Shown here piece after piece: positions 56,595 to 57,125 of a stretch of DNA of 57,125 nt. The stretch spans positions 1 to 57,125 of the IMG/VR virus record IMGVR_UViG_3300027712_000036; one strand, written 5' to 3'. The translations under genes were made by a program, and so were the position numbers. The first letter of the stretch is position 1. Each line of letters opens with the position of its first letter. This DNA comes from a virus. Its lineage: Duplodnaviria > Caudoviricetes. The notes below the pieces were generated by a model, which saw nothing but the letters and a program-made list of their open reading frames with translations, ran no database searches and was not told where the DNA came from.

Positions 56595-57125
56595 ATGGCA
56601 GAAAGAAAAAAAACATACATCAATGCATTCAATAAACATAAATGTAGGGAGTTTTTATTCTCTTTATTTGCTGAAAAACAGATTAATAAAATTGTAGGGT
56701 TAGCTGGTCCAGATATAAATGATTATGTAAAATTTTGTAAATCAAAAGGTTATACAGAGTTTGAAATATATGAAAACCATATTTCTACAATATTTGATCA
56801 AATTAGGTTTTTAAGAACAAAATCTAAAGTGAGTCTTACATATGGAAATATTCTTAATGCAGATGTTAATAGAAAGAATGTATTATTTGATCTTGATTAT
56901 TGTGTAACAACAAAATACATGAATTTACATTTAAAAAAGTTTAATAACAACTTTATTATGACATTTTCAAGAAGAATTACTAATAAAGAAACATTTGATT
57001 CATTCTTTAAAGCAAAGAAAGAAACATTAAAATCTATACTCACTGTATTTAGTCCTATTAAACATTCTATTCTGACCACAGAGAATGGAAATACATATTA
57101 CTATGTGGAATATCGTGACACATCA
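56595..57125 (+). CDS. SAM-dependent methyltransferase-like protein, partial
   Basis: Not in the track. Manual translation MAERKKTY...IVGLAGP...FEIYE...YGNI...FDLDYC is open to the window end; spacing fits Rossmann MTase motifs I-IV. Confidence 0.5.
   Translation, partial: MAERKKTYINAFNKHKCREFLFSLFAEKQINKIVGLAGPDINDYVKFCKSKGYTEFEIYENHISTIFDQIRFLRTKSKVSLTYGNILNADVNRKNVLFDLDYCVTTKYMNLHLKKFNNNFIMTFSRRITNKETFDSFFKAKKETLKSILTVFSPIKHSILTTENGNTYYYVEYRDTS

Noticed and set aside
56897-57079. Minus-strand 60-aa ORF at the window end
   Set aside because: Antisense to the longer open plus-strand MTase-like frame.
1-57125. Stop-codon reassignment (TAG/TGA), known in some crAss-like phages
   Set aside because: Genes are full length and tightly packed under the standard code. 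TAG and TGA end genes at sensible places, and the muzzle breaks are TAA stops.
1-57125. CRISPR array, tRNA/rRNA genes, integrase, group I introns/inteins in TerL, portal or MCP
   Set aside because: No regularly spaced repeats, cloverleafs, recombinase motifs or interruptions were seen by eye; a tRNAscan/Infernal run would be needed to be certain.

Overview
This window is about 57 kb of an AT-rich (roughly one-third G+C by eye), CG-dinucleotide-poor, crAss-like (Crassvirales-related, phi14:2-type) Bacteroidota phage genome read in the standard genetic code. Positions 1-51961 (minus strand) hold the late/virion module. In transcription order: RepL-like wHTH, IHF/HU-like and Zn-finger genes; TerL; portal; an SPFH protein; scaffold; major capsid; ring, auxiliary-capsid and tail-hub genes; Thr/Ser-stalked fibre-like genes; a metallophosphoesterase; the muzzle/stabilisation protein (apparently split into three genes); cargo proteins; a 4148-aa virion RNA polymerase polyprotein (DFDID motif); and a truncated zincin-bearing giant protein. 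Five Bacteroidota-type promoters (TTTG-N19-21-TAnnTTTG/A) point into this module. From about 52266 the strand switches to short early genes separated by structured intergenic sequences. The strongest leads are: (1) an unusual twister ribozyme with about 83 nt inserted at P4/L4 (53206-53401), plus a second twister-like structured element nearby; (2) the three-piece muzzle whose fragments carry mucin-like stalks and shared modules; (3) a recurrent x-x-x-G-G motif punctuating the cargo proteins. All assignments come from motifs, synteny and manual inspection; no searches were run.
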